Below are positions 31,857 to 45,118 of a DNA stretch of 64,000 bases, in pieces. Location of the stretch: contig CBEUNJ010000001.1 in the NCBI GenBank assembly GCA_965544465.1, positions 12,316-76,315 on the forward strand, in the 5' to 3' direction. Numbering within the stretch: the stretch's first letter is position 1; each line of letters begins with the position of its first letter. The DNA is from an uncultured Chlorobaculum sp. Its GTDB lineage: Bacteria > Bacteroidota > Chlorobiia > Chlorobiales > Chlorobiaceae. A model generated the notes under the pieces. It had not been told where the DNA came from. It saw nothing but the letters and a program-made list of their open reading frames with translations, and did not search any database. A program made the translations under genes and the position numbers.

Positions 31857-33368
31857 TTACGCCTCCGGCATGTGGATGCGCTCGATGCCACGCGCGATCC
31901 TGCGCAGCACGGTCTCCTTGCCCAACACTTCGAGCATGTGGTACAGGCTCGGGCCAAAACTGACGCCGGAAGCGACCAGCCGGAGCGGATGGATCAGCAC
32001 GGCAGGCTTCAGCCCCTTCGGCGCAACAAAGGCCTTGAGCTGCGCTTCGATATGTTCGGCGGTGAACTCATCGCTCGCTTCGAGCACCTTGCTGAACTCG
32101 CCGAGCAGCTCACCCATGTCGGGACGCCAGCGCTTGGCGATGCCCTTCTCTTCATAGGTTTCCGGCTCGAAAAAGAAGTAGCTGCTGAACGTCACGAACT
32201 CGTGCTCGAAGCTCACGCGCTCGCGCATCAGTTCAACCACTTTCGACAGGTAGTCGTCGGAGCTGATACGCTCGACCGGCATCTCCGGCGAACGCTGCGC
32301 GAGTGCTTCGTTCAGCACCGGCTTGATGCCCTCAACAATCACCTCGACTGGACGGCGCTTGATATACTGCTTTTCGAGCCACGACAGCTTGTCAACGTTG
32401 AAGACCGCGCCGGCCTTGCCAACCCGTTCCAGCGAAAACTTCTCGATCAGCTCGTCCATGCTGAACACCTCCTGCTCGCTACCTTCACCCTCGTTCCAGC
32501 CGAGCAGCGCCACGAAGTTGACAATCGCCTCACTGCTATAGCCCTTGCGGATGTAGTCCTCGACGGCCACGTCGCCCTGGCGCTTGCTGAGCTTGGAGCG
32601 GTCGGGGTTAAGCAAAAGTGGCAGATGCGCAAACTTCGGTGGCTCCCAGCCAAAGAATTCGTAAAGCAAGAGATGCTTCGGCATCGACGGCAGCCACTCC
32701 TCGCCGCGAATGATGTGGGTAAACTCCATCAGGTGGTCGTCGATCACGCTGGCAAAGTGGTAGGTCGGAAAGCCGTCGGACTTCATCAGCACCTGGTCGT
32801 CAATGGTGGCCGAGTCGAACTCGATTGGCCCGCGAATCACATCCTCGAACCAGACCGAAACATAATCGGGCACCTTCATCCTGATAACGTAGGGGACGCC
32901 CTCCTTGAGCTTTTTCTTGATTTCAGACTTCGGCATGTCACCTCCCATGTCCTCGGGTAACCACTTGCGGTTGTATTTCGGCTGAAGCCCCTGCTTAAGC
33001 TGGAGCTGACGATTCTCCTCAAGCTCTTCCGGTGTTGAAAAACAGTAGTAGGCGTTGTTGTCGTCAAGCAGTTGCTGGCAATACTTCTTGTAGATATCAA
33101 GACGCTGCGACTGCACATACGGGCCGTAATTGCCACCGTGCATCGGGCTTTCGTCGGCGATGATACCCGCCCACTCAAGCGTGCTGATGAGATTTTTTTC
33201 CGCATCCTCAACCTTGCGACTCTGGTCGGTATCCTCGATCCGGATGACAAATTCACCATTCATCCGCTTGGCGAACAGATAGTTGTACAATGCGGTGCGA
33301 AGACCGCCGACATGAAGATAACCCGTGGGAGATGGAGCGAATCGTGTTCTAACCCTTTGACCGGCCAT
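31857..33368 (-). CDS. gltX: glutamate--tRNA ligase
   Basis: [34 protein letters not shown]; start at MAGQRV. Confidence 0.97.
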   Translation of the reverse strand: MAGQRVRTRFAPSPTGYLHVGGLRTALYNYLFAKRMNGEFVIRIEDTDQSRKVEDAEKNLISTLEWAGIIADESPMHGGNYGPYVQSQRLDIYKKYCQQLLDDNNAYYCFSTPEELEENRQLQLKQGLQPKYNRKWLPEDMGGDMPKSEIKKKLKEGVPYVIRMKVPDYVSVWFEDVIRGPIEFDSATIDDQVLMKSDGFPTYHFASVIDDHLMEFTHIIRGEEWLPSMPKHLLLYEFFGWEPPKFAHLPLLLNPDRSKLSKRQGDVAVEDYIRKGYSSEAIVNFVALLGWNEGEGSEQEVFSMDELIEKFSLERVGKAGAVFNVDKLSWLEKQYIKRRPVEVIVEGIKPVLNEALAQRSPEMPVERISSDDYLSKVVELMRERVSFEHEFVTFSSYFFFEPETYEEKGIAKRWRPDMGELLGEFSKVLEASDEFTAEHIEAQLKAFVAPKGLKPAVLIHPLRLVASGVSFGPSLYHMLEVLGKETVLRRIARGIERIHMPEA

Positions 33369-33687
33369 AGTTACAAAAGATGAGTTTTGATGGTTGCGGC
33401 AGACAATTGCATGAGGCGCGCCTTGCAGAAAAGACGGGACAAAAAAAGCCCTGGCGCTCTCTTGAAAAGCAATGAATTTAACAAAAACTCGCCGCATTTG
33501 GTAACGGCAAGCCGAAAAGATAGCGCGTACACACCCGTCTACCCTTATCTCCGGATGCAAAAAGAAATAACAGCAGAAAAGACGTTCTGGGAGACAATCA
33601 TAATAAACTTTTTGGTTTCCCCTGTGGTTTTAGTTTTAATTACTTATAATGCCGTAAGTTATCTTGCATCACCCGAACAACCTGCCG

Positions 33688-35652
<1,965 letters not shown>

Positions 35653-35689
35653 AGCCAAATCAACGGCAACGTTTAACACGAGATCAACC

Positions 35690-36052
35690 ATGCAACTGAT
35701 CATGCTGTTCATCATAGGACTCGCCGCCGGGCTGCTTTCGGGCATGTTCGGCGTTGGGGGCGGCGTGATCATCGTGCCAGCGCTGATCTTTTTTTTCGGC
35801 ATGAACCAACAGACGGCCAACGGCACCTCGCTCATTGCGCTGCTCTTACCAGTCGGACTGCTCGGCGTTCTGGAATATTACCGTACCGGCAACATCGCAA
35901 TGCAGAACATCTGGTTCGGGCTGACCGTCGCGCTCGGCCTGTTTGTCGGTGCCTTTTTCGGCGCAACGCTGGCCATCGAGGTGTCCAGCGAGCTACTCAG
36001 ACGCCTGTTTGCCTTGTTTCTGGTCTTCGTGGCCATTCGTCTTTGGCTTTAA
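35690..36052 (+). CDS. half-size TauE/SafE (TSUP) sulfur-compound transporter family protein
   Basis: GLAAGLLSGMFGVGGGVIIVP and ANGTSL motifs; 120 aa, about 4 TM. Confidence 0.8.
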   Translation: MQLIMLFIIGLAAGLLSGMFGVGGGVIIVPALIFFFGMNQQTANGTSLIALLLPVGLLGVLEYYRTGNIAMQNIWFGLTVALGLFVGAFFGATLAIEVSSELLRRLFALFLVFVAIRLWL

Positions 36053-36094
36053 CTGTACAGCACCAGTAATCTATAAACTCAAGCACACACCATC

Positions 36095-36397
36095 ATGGGA
36101 CAGACAACCACCAAAGCCGACCTGGTGAACGTGATCGCCCAGCGAACAGGCCTGACAAAGCATGAAACGGAATCGGTCGTCGATTGCCTGTTCGAAAGCA
36201 TTATCGACTCGCTCAAGACTGGCAGGAGAATCGAAATCCGCGGGTTCGGATCCTTCAACATCCGCCACAAAAATCTGCGGCAGGCCAGGAACCCCAGAAC
36301 CGGTGAAAAAGTCACCGTAGGTCCGAAAAACGTGCCGACCTTCAAAATCTCCAAGGAGTTCAAACACGCCGTTAGCGAAAGTCTGAAAGCCGAGTAA
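36095..36397 (+). CDS. HU/IHF family DNA-binding protein
   Basis: TKADLV..IA..TGL, RIEIRGFGSF, ARNPRTGE, VPTFK. Confidence 0.93.
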   Translation: MGQTTTKADLVNVIAQRTGLTKHETESVVDCLFESIIDSLKTGRRIEIRGFGSFNIRHKNLRQARNPRTGEKVTVGPKNVPTFKISKEFKHAVSESLKAE

Positions 36398-36486
36398 AAT
36401 GCGGTAATGCAGCGTTCGGAAAAGGAGGGAAAACCCGGTCATTCTGCGGAACACAACGGAATGACCGGCCAATCGAACAAAAGCCA

Positions 36487-37956
36487 CTACCGGTTGAACA
36501 GCAGAAACCAGATGCAGGCAAACACCGGCAGAAGCACAGGAACCGAGTACCGGTAAATATATTCCACGAAAGAAGGCACTTCGGCTTCAGCCTGTTCGGC
36601 AATGTTTTTCACCATGAAGTTGGGGGCATTACCGATATAGGTCAGCGCCCCGAAGAAGACCGACGCCATTGAAATGGCCATCAGATAGACGATCGAGGAG
36701 ACGTCACCCGGCACCGTCGAGTTCATGCCATGCGCGAATCGCACGACATCGGCCGTGACGCTGGCGTCGAGTCCGAACTTGCCAAGTGATCCGGCCAGGA
36801 AATTGAGGTAAGTTGGCGCGTTGTCGAGCACACCGGAAAGAAAACCGGTTGACCAGTAAAAACGCGTCACGCTGAACCCGGCGGCATGTTCGCTGGCATA
36901 CGCGCCGATAAGCTGAAGCGCCGGAATCATGGTAGCGAAAATGCCGATGAAAAGAAACCCGACCTCCTTGATCGGCTCAAAGTTGAACTCATTGCCCTTG
37001 AGCGCCTCGGTATCGGAGGTCTTGTACGCCGCGATGGTGATACCAGCCATGATCAGCTCCCGGATGCCGAACGGCACGCCAAACAGCTCCTGAAGGCTCG
37101 GGAAACCGTGGATAACGGCGGGATCAAGAAACACCGAGAGAATCAGCAGCGCCAGATAGATAAAGTTCCTCGAACCGCGCAACTCGATCAGCTTCCCCTC
37201 CAGCAATGGTTCACCGGCTGATGCTTCATCCTTTTTGCTGGACACGAAATCAAGCCCCATCAGAATCACGCAAAGTGCGAGCACGGTCAGCAGCCAGGGC
37301 AGCCAGAGATGGCCAAGCACCCAGAAAAACGGCACGCCTCTCAGAAAGCCGAGAAAGAGTGGAGGATCACCGATAGGAGTCAGCCCGCCACCGATATTGC
37401 TGACGATAAAAATGAAAAAGACGATATGAAACGCCTTGAGCCGCCCCTCGTTGATGCGCAGGTAAGGCCGGATCAGCAGCATTGACGCGCCAGTCGTGCC
37501 AACCACATTGGCCAGAATTGCGCCAATAAGAAGCAACGCTCCGTTGATCAGGGGCGAGCCCCGGCGTCCGATCTTGATGAGGATGCCGCCCGCCACCACA
37601 AACAGGGCTGAAATCAATGAAATAAAGGAGATATACTCTTCGAGGGTGTGAACAAGCAGGTGCGTTCCGTGCGCCATTCGAAACCTGTACCAGAGCGCCA
37701 CGGCAGTGCCCAGGACGATGGAAATCAGTTTGTAGTTATTCTCCCAGAATCTGGGATAGAAAAGCGGACCGGTAGCAATCATCACGAGAAGCAGCACAAA
37801 CGGGGCCGCAGCCCAAACCGGCGGCAGTAAAGCGTGCCCGCCTCCACCTGCCACCGCCGTCGAGCAAAACGCTGCAACTGGATCGATTGTCATGAAACTC
37901 ACAAGCAGTGCGGCAAACGCCGCGCCGCGCCCGGAAAGGCAAAAACGATCCTTCAT
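36487..37956 (-). CDS. ion transporter superfamily protein (putative Na+/H+ antiporter / CitMHS-like)
   Basis: About 12 TM; LANVVGTTGASMLLIRP, VSNIGGGLTPIGDPPLFLG, SGVLDNAPTY, TYIGNAPNFMVK. Confidence 0.8.
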   Translation of the reverse strand: MKDRFCLSGRGAAFAALLVSFMTIDPVAAFCSTAVAGGGGHALLPPVWAAAPFVLLLVMIATGPLFYPRFWENNYKLISIVLGTAVALWYRFRMAHGTHLLVHTLEEYISFISLISALFVVAGGILIKIGRRGSPLINGALLLIGAILANVVGTTGASMLLIRPYLRINEGRLKAFHIVFFIFIVSNIGGGLTPIGDPPLFLGFLRGVPFFWVLGHLWLPWLLTVLALCVILMGLDFVSSKKDEASAGEPLLEGKLIELRGSRNFIYLALLILSVFLDPAVIHGFPSLQELFGVPFGIRELIMAGITIAAYKTSDTEALKGNEFNFEPIKEVGFLFIGIFATMIPALQLIGAYASEHAAGFSVTRFYWSTGFLSGVLDNAPTYLNFLAGSLGKFGLDASVTADVVRFAHGMNSTVPGDVSSIVYLMAISMASVFFGALTYIGNAPNFMVKNIAEQAEAEVPSFVEYIYRYSVPVLLPVFACIWFLLFNR

Positions 37957-37981
37957 GGCTGCGTCTGGATAGAGAGTGTTA

Positions 37982-38515
37982 TCAATCCCCTTCGAAGTCG
38001 GTCAGAGAGAACATATCGTACCCCTTTTCGCGGATTTTCTTTTCACCGCCAACATCGGGTAGATTGACGATGAAGGCCATGCTGGCCACCACGCCACCGA
38101 GCTTCTCGACCAGCGCCGCCGCGGCAAGTGCCGTGCCGCCCGTGGCCAAAAGATCATCGACCAGCAGCACTCGCTGGCCTTTCACCAGAGAGTCGGTATG
38201 CATTTCGATCTTGTCGCTGCCGTATTCGAGATCATATTCGAGCTGCACCACGTCCGCCGGAAGCTTGCCAGGCTTGCGGACCGGAACGAACCCTTTGCCC
38301 AGCGTGTAGGAGAGCGCGCCGCCGAGAATGAACCCCCTGGCCTCGATACCCACAATCACATCGAACGCAACCCCGTTAGACAGATAGTGCTGGGTCATGT
38401 TGTCGATGACCAAGCGAAAACCGACCGGATCCTTGATCAGGGTGGTGATGTCGCGGAACATGATCCCTTTCTTCGGATAATCGGGAACGGTACGAATCCT
38501 TGATTTGATAGGCAT
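37982..38515 (-). CDS. apt: adenine phosphoribosyltransferase
   Basis: DYPKKGI.FRDIT, EARGF, RKPGKLP, LEYG, VDDLLATGGT. Confidence 0.97.
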   Translation of the reverse strand: MPIKSRIRTVPDYPKKGIMFRDITTLIKDPVGFRLVIDNMTQHYLSNGVAFDVIVGIEARGFILGGALSYTLGKGFVPVRKPGKLPADVVQLEYDLEYGSDKIEMHTDSLVKGQRVLLVDDLLATGGTALAAAALVEKLGGVVASMAFIVNLPDVGGEKKIREKGYDMFSLTDFEGD

Positions 38516-38611
38516 AGCGATGGAGGTTTGTCGGAATTGTTGAATACTGCCAAACGAGGACGTTTCATCATGCGGCAGCCCTGAAACAAAGAGCCTTATG
38601 ATGATAAACCG

Positions 38612-39964
38612 TCAAGATACGAGTCTGCCCTGTAATTGCAAACCATCACCAACCCCTTCGATGAGCACCTCGCGCTCGACACCCCTCATCGATTCGCTGC
38701 TCGATGAAGCATCGAGGCAAACCTGAACCCTGAGATAGTTGGTGCTGTAACCGCGCCAGAGCATCGATCCATCCTCACCGGCGCTCCCCTCCTCGAACAA
38801 CACCTTGAGGCGCTGGCCGATAAACGAAGCAGCAAATCGCCGTTCGAGCTGCTGGCCGAGAAGCCCCAGGCGGCTTGCCCGGTCAGCGATGACATCACCG
38901 GCGAGACGATGCGTGCGCTTCTCCGACATCTCCCGGAACAGCCGGGTACCTGGCCGCACCGAACAACTGAAAACGTGCAAATAAGCCACCGGCAACTCCC
39001 CAATGAAGCGTTGCATCGCCGCAAACTCGTCGTGGCTCTCGCCGGGATAGCCGACCATTACATCCGCGCCCACAGCACAGGACCGGATTGCTGAGACCGC
39101 GCGCAGCAGCCGCTCGCGATAGAACGCCGTATCGTACTGACGCCCCATCGCCCGGAGCACCGCGTCCGAACCACTCTGCAACGGCAGATGAAAATGGGGC
39201 ATGATCTTCTTCGAGGCCGCGACCAGTTCAATCAGCTCGTCAGTGAGGAATTGCGGCTCGATGGAGCTGATGCGTATCCGGCTCACGTCGAGCGATTCCA
39301 GATGCCGAAGCAGCTCCACAAACCCGTTATCGCCATCACGGTAATCGGCTATATTGATGCCCGTCAGCACGATTTCCCGATACCCCGCCTCGACGATGGC
39401 CGCTGCCCGCTTGATGACGATGGCAAACGGCACGGAACGCGACCGCCCACGGGCCAGGGGAATCGCGCAATAGGCGCACCCGGAACTGCACCCGTCCTGT
39501 ATCTTCAGAAAAGCCCTGGTTCGCCCCCTATCCGGCTGGCTGAGCAGCGAACTGGCTACATGAGCCGTGGATGACGATTCGACGGGAGAAACCCTGACCT
39601 GAACCATGCGCTCTTTTCGACCAGCCTCGTCAAGATATAGCGAACGCTCAAACTTCTCAGCCATCCCCAAAACAAGCGAAACTCCCTCAATTTGCGCAAT
39701 TCGTTCAGAAGCAAGTTGCGCATAGCATCCCGCCACCACGACTCTGGCGCGAGGATGTTTTTTGATCGCTTTCCGAATTTGCTGCCTTGATTTCCGCTCC
39801 GCCTCACCGGTAACAGCGCAGGTATGAATAATAATAAGGTCAGCCCCCTGGTCGATTTCATGCAATCGCCAACCCTCGGCAACCAGCATATCAACAATCG
39901 ATGAAGTTTCAGCATAATTAACCTTGCAGCCAAGAGTTACGGCAGCAACGCTTTTCTGTCTCAT
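38612..39964 (-). CDS. mtaB: tRNA methylthiotransferase (MtaB-like)
   Basis: TLGCKVN, HTCAVT, GCYAQ, KIQDGC...C.YC.IP..RG..RS, HLPLQSGS, DVMVG.PGE. Confidence 0.85.
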   Translation of the reverse strand: MRQKSVAAVTLGCKVNYAETSSIVDMLVAEGWRLHEIDQGADLIIIHTCAVTGEAERKSRQQIRKAIKKHPRARVVVAGCYAQLASERIAQIEGVSLVLGMAEKFERSLYLDEAGRKERMVQVRVSPVESSSTAHVASSLLSQPDRGRTRAFLKIQDGCSSGCAYCAIPLARGRSRSVPFAIVIKRAAAIVEAGYREIVLTGINIADYRDGDNGFVELLRHLESLDVSRIRISSIEPQFLTDELIELVAASKKIMPHFHLPLQSGSDAVLRAMGRQYDTAFYRERLLRAVSAIRSCAVGADVMVGYPGESHDEFAAMQRFIGELPVAYLHVFSCSVRPGTRLFREMSEKRTHRLAGDVIADRASRLGLLGQQLERRFAASFIGQRLKVLFEEGSAGEDGSMLWRGYSTNYLRVQVCLDASSSSESMRGVEREVLIEGVGDGLQLQGRLVS

Positions 39965-39989
39965 ATGTTCGAGCTTATTCATCAATGGC

Positions 39990-40283
39990 AATCGTATGTT
40001 TCAAGAATAAAAAAATGAAAAGAAAATCGATGACACGCGCCTCAATGCATCGTGCCCAACGCATGAGTTCCGTCAAAAAAAAAGAACCAAAAAAAGGCAA
40101 AACAAAACAACTCATCATACAGTCAGATTACACCAAAAATAGAACAACAATAACATGTGATAATTATTTCTTTTTTCTATTGCAGAATTAAACTCAATCA
40201 CACTATATTTCACTCGTATTCAGATAAAATACAAAAAGAACAATGAGCTGAAGGAAAATAACAAACAGCAAACAGTTAGTACC
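39990..40283. other. AT-rich, A-tract-rich divergent intergenic region
   Basis: Many A4-A9 runs on the plus strand, clearly below the GC content of the flanking genes. Confidence 0.7.
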
Positions 40284-40733
40284 ATGAAAACAGAATCACC
40301 TGACAAGTTTGACCTTTACATTGCGAATATCGATGAATTCAAGGCCCTGAACAGGGAAAAAAACGAGCTCAAGGAAAAAATCGCCGAGATGAGGCGTCAG
40401 TTCGAAGAAACAGTTCAACCTTTCGAAGCTGAACTGAACACCGTCATCAAAAAGCTCGAAAACAATCTATCAAAAATAGAAGGCACCGCTGCTCCAAAAG
40501 CAACCGGAGGAACGACCAAGTTCGGGCGTGGAAAACTCGGCATTGCAATCAAAAGCCTGCTTCAGAGCAACCCGGACAAGGCATTCAGGCCTCGTGAAAT
40601 CGCCGCCGCATTACAGACCAAAAGCACCGCAGTAAGCCTCTGGTTCAACAAATATGGCAGTCGGGATCCTGAAATCGAGCGTATTCCCGTCGGCGAAGGC
40701 GGCAAACGCTTCCTGTATCAGATCAAACGCTAA
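40284..40733 (+). CDS. hypothetical protein: N-terminal coiled coil plus C-terminal winged-helix-like domain
   Basis: 149 aa; heptad-rich res ~17-66, linker, AIKSLLQSNPDKAFRPREIAAAL...AVSLW HTH-like segment; followed by a terminator. Confidence 0.75.
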   Translation: MKTESPDKFDLYIANIDEFKALNREKNELKEKIAEMRRQFEETVQPFEAELNTVIKKLENNLSKIEGTAAPKATGGTTKFGRGKLGIAIKSLLQSNPDKAFRPREIAAALQTKSTAVSLWFNKYGSRDPEIERIPVGEGGKRFLYQIKR

Positions 40734-40769
40734 GTCCTTCCGGAATGCGGAGCCAACACTCCTCCCAAG

Positions 40770-40803
40770 AAAAAAGGCTGTCATTGAAAAGACGGCCTTT
40801 TTT
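40770..40803. terminator. bidirectional intrinsic terminator
   Basis: AAAAAAGGCTGTC-attgaaaa-GACGGCCTTTTTT. Confidence 0.85.
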
Positions 40804-40828
40804 CGTTATTCAACCCCCTGCAGAACAC

Positions 40829-42061
40829 TCAATAACCGATATTCCGCCGGTTTTTCGCAAAATTCATAGCAATACCAACCATCATCATATTGGCAACAAG
40901 AGACGAGCCGCCATAGGAAATAAACGGTAAGGGTACGCCAATAACCGGCATGACTCCAATAGTCATGCCGATATTAATCACCACATGGGTCATCAACAAT
41001 GAAGCATAGCCAACCAGCAGCAGTTCAACAAACCTGTTTTTGATTGCGTTCACCATCCAGACCAGGCGCAGGACAAGAGCTAGAAAAAACATCAGCAGCA
41101 ACGTTGAACCCACAAGACCCAACTCTTCAGCAATCACGCAAAAAATAAAATCCGTCCACTGGGCCGGTATGTACCGAAGCTGGGTCTGGGTGCCATGAAG
41201 GAACCCTTTACCGAACAATCCACCCGAAGCAATCGCTATCTTCGCCTGAAGCGCATTATAGCCCGCGCCTTGTGGATCAGCCGATGGATCGAGAAAAATC
41301 TGTATTCGCTTAATCTGATGAGGCTTCAGAATCAGGGCTGTGAACTTCCAGGTCAGCAACCCGCTCAACATACCCAGGCCGGTAACGATCAATTGATGAA
41401 AAGAAAAACGCTTTCCGACCACGATCAGCATCACCAGGGAAATGGCGGCAATGATAAAAAGAATGGTCAGATTGAAAAATCCGGATAGCATCAGCGCCAC
41501 CGGCACGACGGCCACGACGATATAATAGAGGTTAAACCCAGCAAGCACGATCATCGGAATAATAAACGAAAGACAGGTCAAGGCCGTGCCGGTGTCGGGC
41601 TGAAGCATCACCAGACCAGCGGGCATCATCGCAATGGCAAGCGCTTTAAACAGATCAAGCCCATTGCTGATGTCGGTCTGATCGTCGGAAAGAAACCGCG
41701 CCATCGCGATGATAGTGATCATCTTGGTCAGCTCGGAAGGCTGGAAACTGAACATACCAAACCGCACCCAACTGGTCGCCCCGGCTACCTTGCGCCCGAA
41801 CACCAACACCGCGAGCAGCAGCACAATACCAAGGGCGTAAATAAGGTAAGCGTTATCCTTGATGATACGGTAATCGATAGACGAAAAGACCGCAACGACG
41901 GAGTAACCGGCGACGGCCCACGTCAACTGCCGGTAAAACAGCGTAACCGATTCAGGCGATCCGTTCGTGGCGCTGAACACAGCCATCAATCCCATGACGA
42001 CCAGACCGGTCATGGGCAACAACAGCCATAATTGATCGAGATTATTATTCTTTTCCGTCAT
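40829..42061 (-). CDS. rodA: SEDS family peptidoglycan glycosyltransferase RodA
   Basis: [63 protein letters not shown]. Confidence 0.93.
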   Translation of the reverse strand: MTEKNNNLDQLWLLLPMTGLVVMGLMAVFSATNGSPESVTLFYRQLTWAVAGYSVVAVFSSIDYRIIKDNAYLIYALGIVLLLAVLVFGRKVAGATSWVRFGMFSFQPSELTKMITIIAMARFLSDDQTDISNGLDLFKALAIAMMPAGLVMLQPDTGTALTCLSFIIPMIVLAGFNLYYIVVAVVPVALMLSGFFNLTILFIIAAISLVMLIVVGKRFSFHQLIVTGLGMLSGLLTWKFTALILKPHQIKRIQIFLDPSADPQGAGYNALQAKIAIASGGLFGKGFLHGTQTQLRYIPAQWTDFIFCVIAEELGLVGSTLLLMFFLALVLRLVWMVNAIKNRFVELLLVGYASLLMTHVVINIGMTIGVMPVIGVPLPFISYGGSSLVANMMMVGIAMNFAKNRRNIGY

Positions 42062-42178
42062 GTGTCGATGAAGAGGGGGTAAATCATGGTTATCTTAGGA
42101 ATATAAATTCTTACCTGCCGGAACAACCATCAGGACAGTTTCGGCAACATAACTATCACAGAACGGGAGCTATCTTAC

Positions 42179-43096
42179 GTGCAGCTATCACCATTCTCTT
42201 GCGGTCATGTCACCTTCGTCGGCGCGCCAAATGCCGGCAAATCAACGTTACTGAACCGACTGCTAGATCACAAGCTATCGATTGTCACCCCAAAACCGCA
42301 AACGACAAGAAAAAAAATTACCGGCATCTATCACGACGACCGGAGCCAGATCATCATTCTCGACACGCCCGGCATCATGGATCCGAAGCAATCCCTGCAC
42401 GAGTCGATGCTGGACATCACCCGGCAGTCATTGCGTGAATCGGATGCCATCGTCGCCCTTATCCCGTTCCAGAAAGGAGATGAACCGTTTGACCGCACCT
42501 TCACCGACGAGCTGATCGACAAGTGGGTGCGCCCGGCGTCGAAGCCCTTCGTGATTGCGATGAACAAAGCCGACCTCGTTTCGGAGCAGACGCTCAAGGC
42601 GGTGCAAGCCGAACTCACTGAGCGCTACCACCCCAGAGCGGCGCCCGCGCTTTCAGCCCTCAACGGCAGCAACATTGCGGAGCTGATCGATCTGCTCAGG
42701 CCGATGCTCCCGCTCGACGAACCAATCTGGCCAGACGACATTCTCAGCACCGAGCCGGAACGCTTTTTCGCAGGCGAAATCATCCGCGAAAAAATCTTTC
42801 TGCAATACGGCCGTGAAATCCCCTACTCGACCGAGGTACTCATCGACGAATTCAAGGAGCAGCACGAAAACGACCCGACCCGCAAAGATGTGATCCGCTG
42901 CTCGGTCATCGTCGAGCGCAACAGCCAGAAGCAAATTATCATTGGCCACAAAGGCTCAGCCATCAAAAAACTCGGCCAGGCCGCCCGCAAAGAGATAGAG
43001 GAACTGCTCGGCCGCCCCGTCTTTCTTGAGATTTTTGTCAAAATTCGCCCCGACTGGCGCAAGAAAAAGAACCTCCTCAAAAGCTACGGGTATTGA
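42179..43096 (+). CDS. era: GTPase Era
   Basis: [26 protein letters not shown] domain REIPYS..IIIG.KG..IK; GTG start. Confidence 0.96.
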   Translation: MQLSPFSCGHVTFVGAPNAGKSTLLNRLLDHKLSIVTPKPQTTRKKITGIYHDDRSQIIILDTPGIMDPKQSLHESMLDITRQSLRESDAIVALIPFQKGDEPFDRTFTDELIDKWVRPASKPFVIAMNKADLVSEQTLKAVQAELTERYHPRAAPALSALNGSNIAELIDLLRPMLPLDEPIWPDDILSTEPERFFAGEIIREKIFLQYGREIPYSTEVLIDEFKEQHENDPTRKDVIRCSVIVERNSQKQIIIGHKGSAIKKLGQAARKEIEELLGRPVFLEIFVKIRPDWRKKKNLLKSYGY

Positions 43097-43102
43097 GCAA
43101 CG

Positions 43103-43161
43103 GTGGACTAAGTGGACAAAGCCCCGAAAAAAAGTCTTCTGCACCTGTCCACCAAGCCCAT
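43103..43161. repeat. inverted pair of 9-bp-period arrays
   Basis: gtggactaa-gtggacaaa (43103-20) and degenerate inverted copy gtccaccaa-gcccat (43147-61). Confidence 0.5.
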
Positions 43162-43181
43162 GCTCCTCTCTTCCCATAACG

Positions 43182-43214
43182 AAAAAAACCCTTCGCAACT
43201 GGAAGGGTTTTTTT
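43182..43214. terminator. bidirectional intrinsic terminator (era/rpsA)
   Basis: AAAAAAACCCTTC-gcaactg-GAAGGGTTTTTTT. Confidence 0.88.
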
Positions 43215-43243
43215 CGGCTGTGGCAGTAACAAAAGGGGAAAAA

Positions 43244-44995
43244 TCAGCGACCTTTGGATTTCGGCTCCAACTCAGCGGTCGCTGCGTCGATCTCTTTTTT
43301 CTCGTTCGGGTGCGCTTGGAGGTAGGCCTCAATCTCCTCTTTGCTCTTGTCCTTAAAGTACTCGAGCGCAGAAAGAATGATGCGCTTGTTCTCCTTGTCG
43401 AACTCGATGACGCGGAGCGGCAACTCATCGTCAACCTTGAAGGATGAGTGAATATCCTTCACGCCGCCCTGCAACAGGTGTGAGACCGGCACGAAGCCAT
43501 CGACATCACCGGCAAGCAGCACAATGACGCCCTTCTCGATAATCTGAGAAATCGTGCCGGTGCACTCGGCGCCGACAGCGTACTTCTGCTCGAACTCACC
43601 CCACGGATCGTTGTTGATCTGCTTGTGGCCGAGGGCGATCCGGCGTGCGTTGACGTCGAACTTAAGCACCTTGACCTCCAGCTCCTGGCCCTTCTTGACC
43701 AGCTCGCTGGGATGGCGAATCTTCTTGGTCCACGACAGATCGGAGATGTGCACCAGACCGTCAACACCAGGCTCCAGCTCAACGAACACACCGAAATCGG
43801 TGATGTTGCTAACCGTACCCTTGTGCAGCGAACCCTCGATATATTTTTCAGACAGAGCGATCCACGGATCGTCCATAACACGCTTCATCGAAAGCGACAG
43901 CTTGGTATGCTCCTTGTCAACGTTGAGGATCACGACCTCGACATCCTGGTTGAGCGACACGAACTGGCTCGGATGCTTGATATGCTGCGTCCAGCTCATC
44001 TCGGAGATGTGAACCAGACCCTCGATGCCCTTCTCGATCTCGACGAATGCGCCGTAATCGGTGATAGAGACAACACGGCCCATGGCCTTGATGCCCACCG
44101 GATATTTGATCTCGATATTTTCCCACGGATGGGGTTCGAGCTGCTTCATGCCGAGAGAGACACGCTTGGTGTTCTCGTCGAAACCGACGACCACAACCTT
44201 GATCGGCTGGTCGAGCTCGACCACCTCGGAAGGATGGTTGATCCTGCCCCAAGTGATGTCGGTGATGTGAACCAGACCGTCCAGACCGCCGAGATCGACA
44301 AAGATACCGAAGTCGGTGATGTTCTTGACGGTGCCTTCGAGAACCATGCCAACCTTGATGCTGGCGAGCATCTCCTCGCGCTTGGCCGCATACTCCTCTT
44401 CGAGGATGACCTTGTGGCTGACAACGATGTTCTGGGTAACCGGGTTGATCTTGACGACTCTGAAGTCCATGGTCTTGCCCACCAGTGCATCGAAGTCACG
44501 AACCGGCTTGACGTCGATCTGCGAACCGGGAAGGAACGCCTCGACACCCGACAGCGAAACCGTCATGCCGCCCTTGACGCGGTTGATGATCTTGCCATTG
44601 ATAATGGTATCGTTCTCGATTGAATCGTAAATCTTGTCCCAGATGCGGAGCACGTCGGCTTTCCTTTTGGAAAGGATAAGCTGACCCATCTTGTCTTCGA
44701 GGTTTTCGAGATAGACTTCGACCTCGTCACCTGCCTTGATTTCATCCTCGTCACGGAACTCAAGAAGCGACACAATACCTTCCGACTTGAAGCCAACATC
44801 GATGGTGACATCTTTGTTGGAAATCGAAACGATCTTTCCTTTGACGATTTCCTCTTCACTGATCTCTGAAAGAGTGCTCGTGTAGAGCGACTCCATCTGC
44901 TGCAGCTCTGCTGGGTCGTAGTGAGCAAAGATCTTGACTTTTTTTCTGCCCGGCACTTTCGGCTTCGGCGTTTCCAGCGTTGTTGTTTCTGACAT
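43244..44995 (-). CDS. rpsA: 30S ribosomal protein S1
   Basis: Six S1 domains: [46 protein letters not shown]. Confidence 0.97.
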   Translation of the reverse strand: MSETTTLETPKPKVPGRKKVKIFAHYDPAELQQMESLYTSTLSEISEEEIVKGKIVSISNKDVTIDVGFKSEGIVSLLEFRDEDEIKAGDEVEVYLENLEDKMGQLILSKRKADVLRIWDKIYDSIENDTIINGKIINRVKGGMTVSLSGVEAFLPGSQIDVKPVRDFDALVGKTMDFRVVKINPVTQNIVVSHKVILEEEYAAKREEMLASIKVGMVLEGTVKNITDFGIFVDLGGLDGLVHITDITWGRINHPSEVVELDQPIKVVVVGFDENTKRVSLGMKQLEPHPWENIEIKYPVGIKAMGRVVSITDYGAFVEIEKGIEGLVHISEMSWTQHIKHPSQFVSLNQDVEVVILNVDKEHTKLSLSMKRVMDDPWIALSEKYIEGSLHKGTVSNITDFGVFVELEPGVDGLVHISDLSWTKKIRHPSELVKKGQELEVKVLKFDVNARRIALGHKQINNDPWGEFEQKYAVGAECTGTISQIIEKGVIVLLAGDVDGFVPVSHLLQGGVKDIHSSFKVDDELPLRVIEFDKENKRIILSALEYFKDKSKEEIEAYLQAHPNEKKEIDAATAELEPKSKGR

Positions 44996-45024
44996 TAATG
45001 TTTTCCTTCCTCTCTGATAGATTT

Positions 45025-45060
45025 GCCGTCAGCCGCGAGAGATTTCGGCTGCCGGTTTTT
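45025..45060. promoter_or_regulatory. hairpin in the cmk-rpsA spacer (possible rpsA leader element)
   Basis: gccg-t-cagccg/cggctg-c-cgg stem about 30 nt upstream of the rpsA start; function not shown. Confidence 0.35.
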
Positions 45061-45118
45061 ATGGTTATGAATGATGACACGAAAGAACACTGTTCACATT
45101 CAGGAGCAACGCGCCGCC

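Noticed and set aside
39985-40191. 68-aa Lys-rich ORF in the AT-rich region
   Set aside because: Lys richness is a direct product of A-tracts; no RBS or motif.
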